DNA of 32,000 nt from Patescibacteria group bacterium (GTDB lineage: Bacteria > Patescibacteriota > Patescibacteriia > 2-01-FULL-39-33), in contig JBAZRV010000002.1 in assembly GCA_041662745.1 (NCBI GenBank), positions 150,001 to 182,000 of the forward strand. Reading direction: 5' to 3'. Position numbers and translations under genes: made by a program. This document shows positions 1-8,272 of this stretch, piece after piece (position 1 is the first letter of the stretch; each line of letters starts with the position of its first letter). The notes under the pieces are model-generated. The model had not been told where the DNA came from and ran no database searches. It was given only the letters and a program-made list of their open reading frames with translations.

Positions 1-287
1 AATAAAAGGACAGCGATAATGCCGTTGATGATTATGGCTCGGCCGTAATTAGTCAAAAGCGAAAAATTATTGTAACTGATTTTAAGTTCGTAAAAATCAC
101 TGATATAAAAAACCAATAGCCAAGCCATAAAGATAAATAAAAACGCTCCAGCATGGGTCGGCCAGTTTTCTGATGTGGTATTGCCCCAGTAACGCAAGAC
201 CAATGTTAAATAAAGCGCCAGATAAAGGCAGCCAATGTCGCCCAAAAACAAGAAGAATTTTTTGGTTTTTAGTATAAAACCAGTCAT
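1..287 (-). CDS. Partial membrane protein, N-terminus of a probable undecaprenyl-phosphate sugar transferase/polyprenyl glycosylphosphotransferase
   Basis: Minus-strand frame open from ATG (287-285) to the window edge: MTGFILKTKKFFLFLGDIGCLYLALYLTLVLRYWG...; missing from the supplied ORF track because it is truncated. Confidence 0.6.
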   Translation of the reverse strand, partial: MTGFILKTKKFFLFLGDIGCLYLALYLTLVLRYWGNTTSENWPTHAGAFLFIFMAWLLVFYISDFYELKISYNNFSLLTNYGRAIIINGIIAVLL

Positions 288-395
288 AGGATTAATCAAT
301 TAACGAACTATTTATACCATATTTAGGAAGAAAAAACAAGTTTTATCTTAATTTAATTTGTGTTATAATGAAACAGGGTCAAATGCCCGCTTTTT

Positions 396-827
396 ATGTT
401 AAAGACGTTAAAGGAAAAAATTTACCTGTTGCCGTTATTCAAGCGATCATTATTCAGGCAATTCATTAAGTTCTGCTTGGTTGGCACATCCAATTTCTTT
501 GTTGATTTGGGCGTATATTGGCTGATGACTCGTTTGTTCGGCCTTCATTATCTTATTGCTTCGGTTATTTCTTTTTCCGTAGCCGTTACTTGGAGTTTTG
601 AATTTAACCGTAAATGGACTTTCCGCCATCATAACAATAATCTAAAGCGACAGTACGTTAAATTTTTTATTGCCAATATCGTAAGCTTATCATTGAACTT
701 GAGCCTTTTAAGCTTATTAATTGAATTAGCGCATGTCCCCGATTTGTGGGCCAAGACCCTTTCCGCTCTTATCGTGGCTATTTTTAATTTCAGCCTAAAC
801 CGTTTTTGGACCTTTCGTCGCCAATAG
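396..827 (+). CDS. GtrA-like flippase family membrane protein
   Basis: QFIKFCLVGTSNFFVDLGVYWLMTRLF...SFEFNRKWTFR...NFSLNRFWTFRR; four hydrophobic segments and two NR.WTFR motifs typical of GtrA. Confidence 0.85.
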   Translation: MLKTLKEKIYLLPLFKRSLFRQFIKFCLVGTSNFFVDLGVYWLMTRLFGLHYLIASVISFSVAVTWSFEFNRKWTFRHHNNNLKRQYVKFFIANIVSLSLNLSLLSLLIELAHVPDLWAKTLSALIVAIFNFSLNRFWTFRRQ

Positions 828-903
828 CTTGTTTGGCAATAAGGAATTATGTTATAATTTAAGTGTTAAGTTTTAGACTTTAGAAATTTTAACCATCAAG
901 CCT

Positions 904-1944
904 ATGCCAGTTAAGAAGGCGATATTTGATAAAAAAAATATTTTGGTCGTCGGAGGAGCCGGATTTGTCGGTTCCAATCTTTGCGATGAACTGGTCAAGA
1001 CCGCCAAAGTTATCTGTCTTGATAATTTTATTACCGGCGATCAGTCCAATATCGCCCATCTGTTAGCCAATCCTGATTTCAAGTTTATAAATCATGATAT
1101 TATAAATCCGATTGAATTGGAAAGTCGTCCGGAATTAGCCGAGTTTAAAGTTGCTTTTCAGGGGGTGCAGGAAATTTATTTCTTGGCTTCGCCGACATCG
1201 CCCAAGGCTTATGTGGCACATCCGATAGAAACATTGTTAGTCAATTCAGTCGGCTTACGACACGCTTTGGATTTGGCGGTTAAGTACGAATCATCTATTT
1301 TATTCGCTTCGGCGCCGGCGGTTTATGGCGCCGGCACCGGTCCCATGCCGATCAAAGAGGATTATGTCGGTCCGGTTGATCAGTTCGGACCGCGCGCCTG
1401 TTATGCTGAGGCCAAGCGTTTTGGCGAGGCTTTAGTTAACAATTATCGTTTGACTCATAAGGTAAACACCAAGATAGCCAGGATTTTCAATTGCTATGGT
1501 CCGCGTTTGAGCTTAACCGACGGCCGAATGATTCCAGAAATGATTTCTGCCGCTTACAGCGGAACGGCAATCACTGTTTATGGCCAGGAAAGCGAGTTTG
1601 CTTCTTACTTTTATATTACCGATTTAATCCGCGGATTGATGAAATTGATGGAAAGCGGGGAAAGCGGTCCGGTCAATATGGCATCGGAATGGAAGATGGG
1701 CGTAACCGAAATCGCCAAAAAAATCATTGCCTTGACTAATTCTAAATCAGTGATTGAGTTTAAGGATCGTCCGGCTCATTTTGAAGCCCAGCCCCTGGCT
1801 AATATTTCTTTGGCTAAAGAAAAATTGGGTTGGTTCCCGATAATTTTAATGGATGAAGGCTTGCAAAAGACCATTGATTATTTAAGCGCGCAAAAGGGGA
1901 TTAGGCGTCCGGAAACAACCCTCGGTTCCGGCCGGGCGATTTAG
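904..1944 (+). CDS. NAD-dependent epimerase/dehydratase, UDP-glucuronate decarboxylase-like
   Basis: GGAGFVGSNLCDEL Rossmann motif, YxxxK-like YAEAKRFGE, IARIFNCYGPR. Confidence 0.85.
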   Translation: MPVKKAIFDKKNILVVGGAGFVGSNLCDELVKTAKVICLDNFITGDQSNIAHLLANPDFKFINHDIINPIELESRPELAEFKVAFQGVQEIYFLASPTSPKAYVAHPIETLLVNSVGLRHALDLAVKYESSILFASAPAVYGAGTGPMPIKEDYVGPVDQFGPRACYAEAKRFGEALVNNYRLTHKVNTKIARIFNCYGPRLSLTDGRMIPEMISAAYSGTAITVYGQESEFASYFYITDLIRGLMKLMESGESGPVNMASEWKMGVTEIAKKIIALTNSKSVIEFKDRPAHFEAQPLANISLAKEKLGWFPIILMDEGLQKTIDYLSAQKGIRRPETTLGSGRAI

Positions 1945-1947
1945 CTT

Positions 1948-2610
1948 ATGAAATTGGCGATAATTATTCCGGCTTATAACGAAGCGGAAAAAATAAGCTC
2001 GGTGGTTTTCGGAGTTAGGGCCGCTCAGCCCGAATCTTTGATTGTGGTCGTTGATGACGGTTCTGTCGATGCGACGGCTGAACTGGCTGTTTCCGCCGGA
2101 GCGGAAGTGTTGAGACACAAAATCAACCGCGGCCAGGGAGCGGCGCTCAAAACCGGCATTGATTATGCTTTCCGCCGCCAGGTTGACGCGGCTGTTTTTT
2201 TTGATGCGGACGGGCAGATGGAACCGTCGGATATTAAATTATTGATTGATAGGCTGGCCGAGGGGTATGACGCGGTGCTGGGTTCCAGGAATTTGGGTCG
2301 CGCTCTGAATATGCCGCTAACTAAGAAAATAACCAAAAAATTAGCTCTGTATTTTACCCGTCTTACTACCGGCTTAAAGTTAACCGATACGCATAACGGC
2401 TTTCAGGCCTGGACTGCCAAGTCTTTGCAGCAACTGAATTTGGGGCAGGATCGGCAGGCCTATGCCAGCGAGGTACTGCATGAAATCAAACGCTTGAAGC
2501 TCAAATATTGCGAAGTGCCGGTAACCATTCATTACACCGATTATTCCATTAAAAAGGGACAAAGCATCTGGAACGCGTTTGGAATCTTGTGGGATTTATT
2601 GATTAAATAA
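1948..2610 (+). CDS. Family 2 glycosyltransferase (dolichyl-phosphate-mannose synthase-like)
   Basis: MKLAIIIPAYNEAEKISSVV...VVDDGSVDATAE...DADGQM. Confidence 0.9.
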   Translation: MKLAIIIPAYNEAEKISSVVFGVRAAQPESLIVVVDDGSVDATAELAVSAGAEVLRHKINRGQGAALKTGIDYAFRRQVDAAVFFDADGQMEPSDIKLLIDRLAEGYDAVLGSRNLGRALNMPLTKKITKKLALYFTRLTTGLKLTDTHNGFQAWTAKSLQQLNLGQDRQAYASEVLHEIKRLKLKYCEVPVTIHYTDYSIKKGQSIWNAFGILWDLLIK

Positions 2611-2618
2611 TATTTTTT

Positions 2619-3068
2619 ATGTTTTTTCGCGAAAAGAGATTAAAAAAATGGGCAGAAAATAATGGTTATACTTTTAGAAGTAGTAAAGATGAAAAATTTA
2701 AAGGTTGCTATGCTTTTAACGCAAATGATATTAATATTACTGGCAATCGTAATGGTAAAAGTTTTGAAATTATCGAAAAAGTAAATTTATCTTTTGGCGG
2801 TTTTGAAATAGAGAGCACATCTCGTGAAAATGAAATAAGAGTAAATAGTAAGAAAGTTTATCCTAAGCCAGAATCATGGTTACCTAATTTTTTTAATGAC
2901 GGAGTATTGACTACTAAACAAATAGAAAACTTACTTGATGAGTATATAAAAAATGGTAAAATCGATTATAAAAAATATTTAACTGTACAACAAAAAGTAA
3001 GTTTGATTATTATATTACCCTTTTCAGCACTTATACTTTTTGAATTTATCAAGGTTATATTTTTTTAA
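2619..3068 (+). CDS. Hypothetical protein with C-terminal transmembrane helix
   Basis: 149-aa ORF, notably AT-rich relative to neighbours; C-terminal VSLIIILPFSALILFEFIKVIFF. Confidence 0.6.
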   Translation: MFFREKRLKKWAENNGYTFRSSKDEKFKGCYAFNANDINITGNRNGKSFEIIEKVNLSFGGFEIESTSRENEIRVNSKKVYPKPESWLPNFFNDGVLTTKQIENLLDEYIKNGKIDYKKYLTVQQKVSLIIILPFSALILFEFIKVIFF

Positions 3069-3078
3069 TTAATTTTCT

Positions 3079-3414
3079 ATGCTAATTCAAATCATTTTGC
3101 TGATTATCATTGCCGTCATTATTTTACGTTTGGTTGTTAAATACCGCGCCAAGGAAATGCCCGGCAAACAGTTCGCCGGCTGGCTGATTTTGTGGCTGTT
3201 GGCCGCCGTGGTTGTAATTTGGCCTCAGTTGACGGTGGATATCGCCAATCGCGTAGGTGTAGGCCGCGGTTCCGACCTGGTGGTTTATCTGGCTTTGGTG
3301 TTTTTATTTTACATTATCTCCCGTTTATTTTTACGCATTGAGAAATTGGAAAAAAACCTGACCAAAGTCGTCCGGGCCGAGGCCCTAAAAGAAAAAGATG
3401 ATTCAAGCGAATAA
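3079..3414 (+). CDS. DUF2304-like small membrane protein
   Basis: Three hydrophobic segments followed by RIEKLEKNLTKVVR; sits between two glycosyltransferase genes. Confidence 0.7.
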   Translation: MLIQIILLIIIAVIILRLVVKYRAKEMPGKQFAGWLILWLLAAVVVIWPQLTVDIANRVGVGRGSDLVVYLALVFLFYIISRLFLRIEKLEKNLTKVVRAEALKEKDDSSE

Positions 3415-4450
3415 AAAAATCGTCATCGGCATTGTTACTTATAACTCCCGCCACAAAATCGTTGATTGCCTTAATAGCGTCAACCGGCAGAACTATCAGC
3501 GCGAATTGGTGCAAGTGGTGGTGGTGGATAATAACAGCCATGATTCAACCAAGGAATACTTGGCCGAAGCCTGGCCGCAAGTAACGGTCATCGCTAATGA
3601 TGAAAATCTCGGTTTTGCCACGGCCAATAATCAGATTTACGCTTGGGCCAAAGACCAAGCCGATTATTTGGTTTTGCTTAATGACGATACGATTGTTGAG
3701 CCGAATTGGCTGATCCGATTGGCCAACGCCGCTTCCGGCGATGAGACGATTGCCGCCGCGCAATCTAAATTATTACTTTATCCGGAGAAGAATCTGATTA
3801 ACAGTTTGGGCAATTCCATCCAATTTTTGGGTTTTGCTTTTTGCGATCATTATCGCGAGCCGGACAGCCATGCCACGACCGCTTTATTTGATTTGCCTTA
3901 CGCCTCGGGCGCGGCTGTGCTTCTAAAGCTGTCGGCGCTTCAGGAAATCGGCTTGTTTGATGAGAAGCTATTTATGTATCACGAGGATGTTGATTTGGGT
4001 TGGCGTTTGCGTTTGCTGGGCTATCGCGCGGTTCTTGATCCGCTTTCCGTCGTCTATCATAAATACAATTATTCCAAGGCCAAGTATAAATTCTATTACA
4101 TGGATCGCAATCGTTGGATTGTTTTATTGAAGAATTACCGCTTAGCGACTATTATTGTCTTGGCTCCAATGCTGCTGGTAATGGAGCTTGGCATTACGGC
4201 TTTTTCCATAAAAAATGACTGGTTTAAAGAAAAACTCAAGGGCTGGTCATGGTTGTTGAGTAATTTTGGTTATATTATGGGCGAGCGCCGTAAAATTCAA
4301 GATTTACGGCGAGTGTCCGATCGGGAGATTTTGAGTTTGTTTGTCGGCCCGATCACCAATCAAGAGGTGGAAAACAAGCTGTTAGCCTGGGTGGCAAACC
4401 CGCTCCTGGAAGTTTATTTTTTATTGGTTCGGCTGATTGTTTTTTGGTAA
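3398..4450 (+). CDS. Family 2 glycosyltransferase (rhamnosyltransferase-like)
   Basis: IVTYNSRHKIVDCLNSV...VVVDNNSHDST...LLNDDTIVEPNWL; overlaps the DUF2304-like gene by 17 nt. Confidence 0.88.
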   Translation: MIQANKKIVIGIVTYNSRHKIVDCLNSVNRQNYQRELVQVVVVDNNSHDSTKEYLAEAWPQVTVIANDENLGFATANNQIYAWAKDQADYLVLLNDDTIVEPNWLIRLANAASGDETIAAAQSKLLLYPEKNLINSLGNSIQFLGFAFCDHYREPDSHATTALFDLPYASGAAVLLKLSALQEIGLFDEKLFMYHEDVDLGWRLRLLGYRAVLDPLSVVYHKYNYSKAKYKFYYMDRNRWIVLLKNYRLATIIVLAPMLLVMELGITAFSIKNDWFKEKLKGWSWLLSNFGYIMGERRKIQDLRRVSDREILSLFVGPITNQEVENKLLAWVANPLLEVYFLLVRLIVFW

Positions 4451-4521
4451 AGGACTTGATTTTTTCTTAATTTTACATTATAATTAAAAACACAAAATTC
4501 ACTGCATTTAATAACAATGCG

Positions 4522-5316
4522 GTGATAAGGAAGGGGAAAAATATGGACCAAATTACACAGCCGATTAAGAGGATGGGCGGCGGCAGGATCGCCGTTTATA
4601 TCGTTTTAATTTTGGCTCTGGCCTCTGTGGCTATCATTTCCATCGTGCGCGATCGTATTGTTAATTATCCGCAGAACTCGGTGTCTGTCACCGGGCAAGG
4701 CAAAGTGATTTACCAGCCGGACATCGCTATTGTTACTTTGGGCGTACAAATTGATAAGGTGGCCAAACCGGATGAGGCGCTGAATCAATTAAATGATCGG
4801 ATTGCTAAAATTGTTGCGGCGGTCAAGGCTTTAGGCATTGCGCCGGAGGATATTGTTACGCAGAGTTATTCGTTATACCCGCAATACGATTATATCAATA
4901 ATGCCAGCAATCTGTCCGGCTATAACGCCAATCAGCAGGTTACTGTCAAAGTGCGGGACATCAAAGTCAGTCCGGATAAGGTTAGCAGGGTGTTAGCCGA
5001 GGCCAGCAAGGCCGGCATTAATCAGGTCTTGGGAATTTCCTTTGATGTTTCCAATTTAGATGATCTTAAACAACAGGCCAGAATTGAGGCTTTGAGCGAT
5101 GCTAATAATAAGGCAATCAAGATGGCTTCGGCGGCTGAGGTGAAGTTGGGGCGGATTACCGGTTGGTGGGAGAATTACGTGCAGGGTCCGGGCCAAGGCG
5201 TTTCTTATTACGCCGATAAGGGTGGTTTGGGCGGCGGCGGTAGCGTGAGCGCTACAATTCCGACCGGCAGTTATGAGATTGTGGTGGAGATGAATGTAAA
5301 TTACAAATTAAAATAA
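4522..5316 (+). CDS. SIMPL (DUF541) domain protein
   Basis: VSVTGQGKVIYQPDIAIVTLGV...SYSLYPQYDY...VTVKVRDI. Confidence 0.85.
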   Translation: MIRKGKNMDQITQPIKRMGGGRIAVYIVLILALASVAIISIVRDRIVNYPQNSVSVTGQGKVIYQPDIAIVTLGVQIDKVAKPDEALNQLNDRIAKIVAAVKALGIAPEDIVTQSYSLYPQYDYINNASNLSGYNANQQVTVKVRDIKVSPDKVSRVLAEASKAGINQVLGISFDVSNLDDLKQQARIEALSDANNKAIKMASAAEVKLGRITGWWENYVQGPGQGVSYYADKGGLGGGGSVSATIPTGSYEIVVEMNVNYKLK

Positions 5317-5346
5317 GAATTAAGATATTTTATTGCCATATTTGAG

Positions 5347-5396
5347 TGAAGCGAAGGGTTTGGCGGTTTTAACGGAACCGAGCGCCCTTCGCTTCA
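5347..5396. repeat. Perfect 12-bp inverted repeat (TGAAGCGAAGGG / CCCTTCGCTTCA) with 26-nt loop
   Basis: Read directly: 5347-5358 pairs with 5385-5396. Confidence 0.8.
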
Positions 5397-5424
5397 TTAC
5401 TCTATAATTCGGAATAACAAATAA

Positions 5425-5495
5425 GGGCCTATAGTCTAGTGGTACGACGCTACATTCGCATTGTAGAGGCGGCGGTTCGATTCCGCCTAGGTCCA
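5425..5495 (+). tRNA. tRNA-Ala (anticodon CGC)
   Basis: Acceptor GGGCCTA/TAGGTCC with G3:U70 identity pair; anticodon arm CTACA-TTCGCAT-TGTAG; T arm GGCGG-TTCGATT-CCGCC. Confidence 0.93.
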
Positions 5496-5500
5496 CATAT

Positions 5501-5577
5501 GGACATTTAGCTCAGTTGGTTAGAGCGTTCGATTCACATTCGAAAGGTCACAGGTTCGAATCCTGTAATGTCCACCA
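5501..5577 (+). tRNA. tRNA-Val (anticodon CAC), CCA encoded
   Basis: Acceptor GGACATT/AATGTCC, anticodon arm TTCGA-TTCACAT-TCGAA, T arm ACAGG-TTCGAAT-CCTGT, then ACCA. Confidence 0.95.
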
Positions 5578-7032
5578 GTTCGGAAATGTCAAATTTTGTT
5601 GGTTATTTTGGCCGCCTTGGGCGACCAAATCATACGGAATTTTAAAGTCCAAAAGCAATTGGCGGTTTTGTAAAATGCGGTTCGACCCGATATTTTTTAG
5701 AAATGCAGCCAGTTCCTTTTTCTCTGGGCTCTGCATTAGGATATTGGCTTGGTTGAGCGATAAAATAAACTCACGAGCCGGTTCGACCCAAGAAACGCCA
5801 TTCTGTTCAAAATCTTGGATTTTCTCATTAAGTTCTAACTTTCGAGTTAGGATTTTTTGTTTTCTACTGGTATATTCTTCAGTCGTGATTGTCTCGCTTA
5901 AATAGACATCAAGCAGTTTTTCTAATCGCTGGTTAATATTTTCCAATTCGCTTTTAAGATTTTGAACAGTAATGATTGCCTCGCCCTTAGCCTGTTTTTC
6001 CTCTTTGTCTATCTCAAACAATATTTTCTCGGTTTCTTGAGTCGAAATAGAAACTTTTTGAAGATAATTTTTTATCTGATTTTCCAATTCTTCTTCGCGT
6101 AAAAAATGTTTTTCGAGGCAATTCTGCTTTTTCTTGGTACAACGATAATAATTATGGCCTTTCTGTGTCTCGGCCGTAATACTGCAACCGCAAGAACATT
6201 TCAGTAGTCCAACAAAGGGAAAATCATGCTTTTTAATCCTGCCTCGCTTCTTGCCTCTTTGTCGCATGACATTTTTTACTTCTTCAAAAAGTTTCTTAGA
6301 AATCAACGGCTCGTGAGTGCCCTCAAATACTTCTCCGTCATATTTCATTAGCCCAGTATAGAAAATGTTTTGCAAAAGCGTGAAGAAATAACTTGTCCTA
6401 ACTCTTTTGCCGTGAAAGCCCGTCAAATGGTGTTCTTCGCAGAACCTCTCTAAATCGCCCAATGAATAATCCTCAGTGGCGTAGAGGTCAAATATCTGTC
6501 TAATTAGCGGGCCTTTAATAGGGTCGACATCTATACCTCTCGTTTTGGGATTATTCAAATAGCCAATCGGGGCAAGCGAAGGCCAAACGCCATTTCTAAT
6601 CTTTTGCCTCATGCCTCGTTTTACATTTTCTCGCAAGTTGTCGATATAGTATTTGCTTTGGCCAAAAGCGATACTAAGCATGAATAATCCTTGCGGAGTG
6701 GGCTCAAACCAAAAGGTGGGGAATTTGAGGGCTTTTATCGCTCCCTTATCAATCATATGGATTATCTTGCCACCATCAACGCTGTTTCTCGCCAATCTAT
6801 CGGGGTGCCACGAAATAATACCACTTGCTTCGCCTTTTTCGATTCTGGCTAGCATTTCGCCGAATATTATTCGGCCTGGCTCTTTGGCAGTCTTGGCTTC
6901 CTGAAAGGAAGCGACAATTTCCAGTTTTTCTTTGGCGGCAAATTCTTTTAATTCAACTAATTGGGCTTCTATAGACAGTATCTGCCTATCTTCTTCCTCA
7001 GTACTCTTGCGAGCGTAAATAAAGTACTTCAT
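5548..7032 (-). CDS. Large serine recombinase (resolvase/invertase N-terminus, recombinase domain, zinc ribbon, coiled coil)
   Basis: MKYFIYARKSTEEEDRQILSIEAQ...GIISWHPDRLARN...GYLNN...GLLKCSCGCSITAE...YYRC; the C-terminal codons (WWTLQDSNL) read into the tRNA-Val gene. Confidence 0.93.
   Translation of the reverse strand: MKYFIYARKSTEEEDRQILSIEAQLVELKEFAAKEKLEIVASFQEAKTAKEPGRIIFGEMLARIEKGEASGIISWHPDRLARNSVDGGKIIHMIDKGAIKALKFPTFWFEPTPQGLFMLSIAFGQSKYYIDNLRENVKRGMRQKIRNGVWPSLAPIGYLNNPKTRGIDVDPIKGPLIRQIFDLYATEDYSLGDLERFCEEHHLTGFHGKRVRTSYFFTLLQNIFYTGLMKYDGEVFEGTHEPLISKKLFEEVKNVMRQRGKKRGRIKKHDFPFVGLLKCSCGCSITAETQKGHNYYRCTKKKQNCLEKHFLREEELENQIKNYLQKVSISTQETEKILFEIDKEEKQAKGEAIITVQNLKSELENINQRLEKLLDVYLSETITTEEYTSRKQKILTRKLELNEKIQDFEQNGVSWVEPAREFILSLNQANILMQSPEKKELAAFLKNIGSNRILQNRQLLLDFKIPYDLVAQGGQNNQQNLTFPNWWTLQDSNL
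5571..5670 (+). repeat. IR-A, left copy of a 100-bp perfect inverted repeat
   Basis: Exact reverse complement of 7091-7190 by hand alignment; begins at the tRNA-Val 3' TCCACCA. Confidence 0.93.
5672..5698 (+). repeat. IR-B left copy (27 bp), mate at 7299-7325 in inverse orientation
   Basis: AAAATGCGGTTCGACCCGATATTTTTT versus AAAAAATATCGGGTCGAACCGCATTTT. Confidence 0.9.
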
Positions 7033-7090
7033 GATGAGATTAATTAATGATTAATAATTTAGAATTTAAAAATTTTCTTTTACCCTAATT

Positions 7091-7190
7091 CAAAACCGCC
7101 AATTGCTTTTGGACTTTAAAATTCCGTATGATTTGGTCGCCCAAGGCGGCCAAAATAACCAACAAAATTTGACATTTCCGAACTGGTGGA
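7091..7190 (-). repeat. IR-A, right copy (inverted)
   Basis: Exact reverse complement of 5571-5670. Confidence 0.93.
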
Positions 7191-7278
7191 GGATAATGGA
7201 CATAGCTCGAACGCATTTTCGGGCCGTCGCAGACGGCACTGATTTTCCCCCAAAAATTAAGCCCGAATTCTGAACTTT
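7184..7278 (+). repeat. IR-C left copy of a 95-bp inverted repeat
   Basis: TGGTGGAGGATAATGGACATAGCTCG...CCCGAATTCTGAACTTT is the reverse complement of 8169-8263. Confidence 0.9.
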
Positions 7279-7382
7279 CAAGACTGCCAATGAGCCAGAA
7301 AAAATATCGGGTCGAACCGCATTTTGGGTAAAAGAAAATTTTTAAATTCATTATTAACATAATTAATTAACTCATAAATAAT

Positions 7383-8048
7383 ATGAACCAAAAAACTTTA
7401 AACATTATTTTTGGAATCGTCATCGTTATTTTAGTTGTGGCTGTAGCCTATTTTGCTTTTGGTAAAAAAGCTGAACAGTTAAGTGATCAAAATGAAAACA
7501 TTAATGTTCCTTTGGTGGACAACAATCAAAATTTACCAACAGCCGAACAGAATCAGAATGTTAATGAGCCAGCAGTGGCCGTGAATACAAACCAGCCAGT
7601 GGTAAATCCCACTCCACCTACAAATCCGATGGCTGACTGGAAATCATACAATAGTAGCAGTTTTAGTATAAAGTATCCTACTTATTTATCGCAAAAAGCC
7701 AAAGAAGATGAAGTTAAATCGCCAGTAACTTCGATAGTATCTTTTCAGGGTACTGCACCTCAAAGCAATTACGGTTCTCTGCTTTCAATTGAACAAATGG
7801 TCAATCAAGGCGGATTAACTTTAACTGATTGGACTAATGAAATAATTTCTCAATCAAAATGGATTAAGCAAGGTTCGGTAAAAATATCCGGTCAAACTGC
7901 TTATATCCTGGTTTTACCAGAAACTGATGCTGGTGCGCGTTACTTTTTCTTGAGTAAAGACGGCCGAACAATGTTTGTTATGACAATACAGCATTTTGAT
8001 CAAACAACAATTGATTCAATTATTTCCTCATTCTTATTGAAAAAATAA
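7383..8048 (+). CDS. Membrane-anchored hypothetical protein with N/P-rich linker and extracytoplasmic domain (island cargo)
   Basis: N-terminal TM (TLNIIFGIVIVILVVAVAYFAFG), linker NQNVNEPAVAVNTNQPVVNPTPP, folded C-terminus; bracketed by the IR-C copies. Confidence 0.75.
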   Translation: MNQKTLNIIFGIVIVILVVAVAYFAFGKKAEQLSDQNENINVPLVDNNQNLPTAEQNQNVNEPAVAVNTNQPVVNPTPPTNPMADWKSYNSSSFSIKYPTYLSQKAKEDEVKSPVTSIVSFQGTAPQSNYGSLLSIEQMVNQGGLTLTDWTNEIISQSKWIKQGSVKISGQTAYILVLPETDAGARYFFLSKDGRTMFVMTIQHFDQTTIDSIISSFLLKK

Positions 8049-8168
8049 TATTCTGATTAAGAATTAAAAGAATTTGCCGCCAAATCAATAAATTTTCAAA
8101 CTCTGAATTATTTGAAAATTTATTGAGATGATTTTTAGTAAAAAATCATTGAAAAACTGGAAATTGTC

Positions 8169-8263
8169 AAAGTTCAGAATTCGGGCTTAATTTTTGGGGG
8201 AAAATCAGTGCCGTCTGCGACGGCCCGAAAATGCGTTCGAGCTATGTCCATTATCCTCCACCA
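8169..8263 (-). repeat. IR-C right copy (inverted)
   Basis: Reverse complement of 7184-7278. Confidence 0.9.
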
Positions 8264-8272
8264 ATATATCTT

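Larger units (their letters stand above)
5501..8263. mobile_element. tRNA-Val-associated serine recombinase island with one cargo gene
   Basis: Recombinase abuts tRNA-Val; the tRNA 3' heptamer TCCACCA (5571-5577) recurs directly at 8257-8263 and inverted at 7184-7190; long inverted repeats start at these points. Confidence 0.65.

Noticed and set aside
5516-5905. Track ORF of 129 aa on the plus strand (MVRAFDSHSKGHRFESCNVHQ...)
   Set aside because: Overlaps tRNA-Val and is antisense to the recombinase; the similar ORFs at 7085-7360 and 7090-7290 are by-products of the inverted repeats.
5571-8263. Inverted repeats as pure assembly artefact
   Set aside because: Not fully rejectable without reads. 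The repeats have distinct boundaries, coincide with tRNA 3' heptamer copies and carry different internal junctions, which favours a biological origin.
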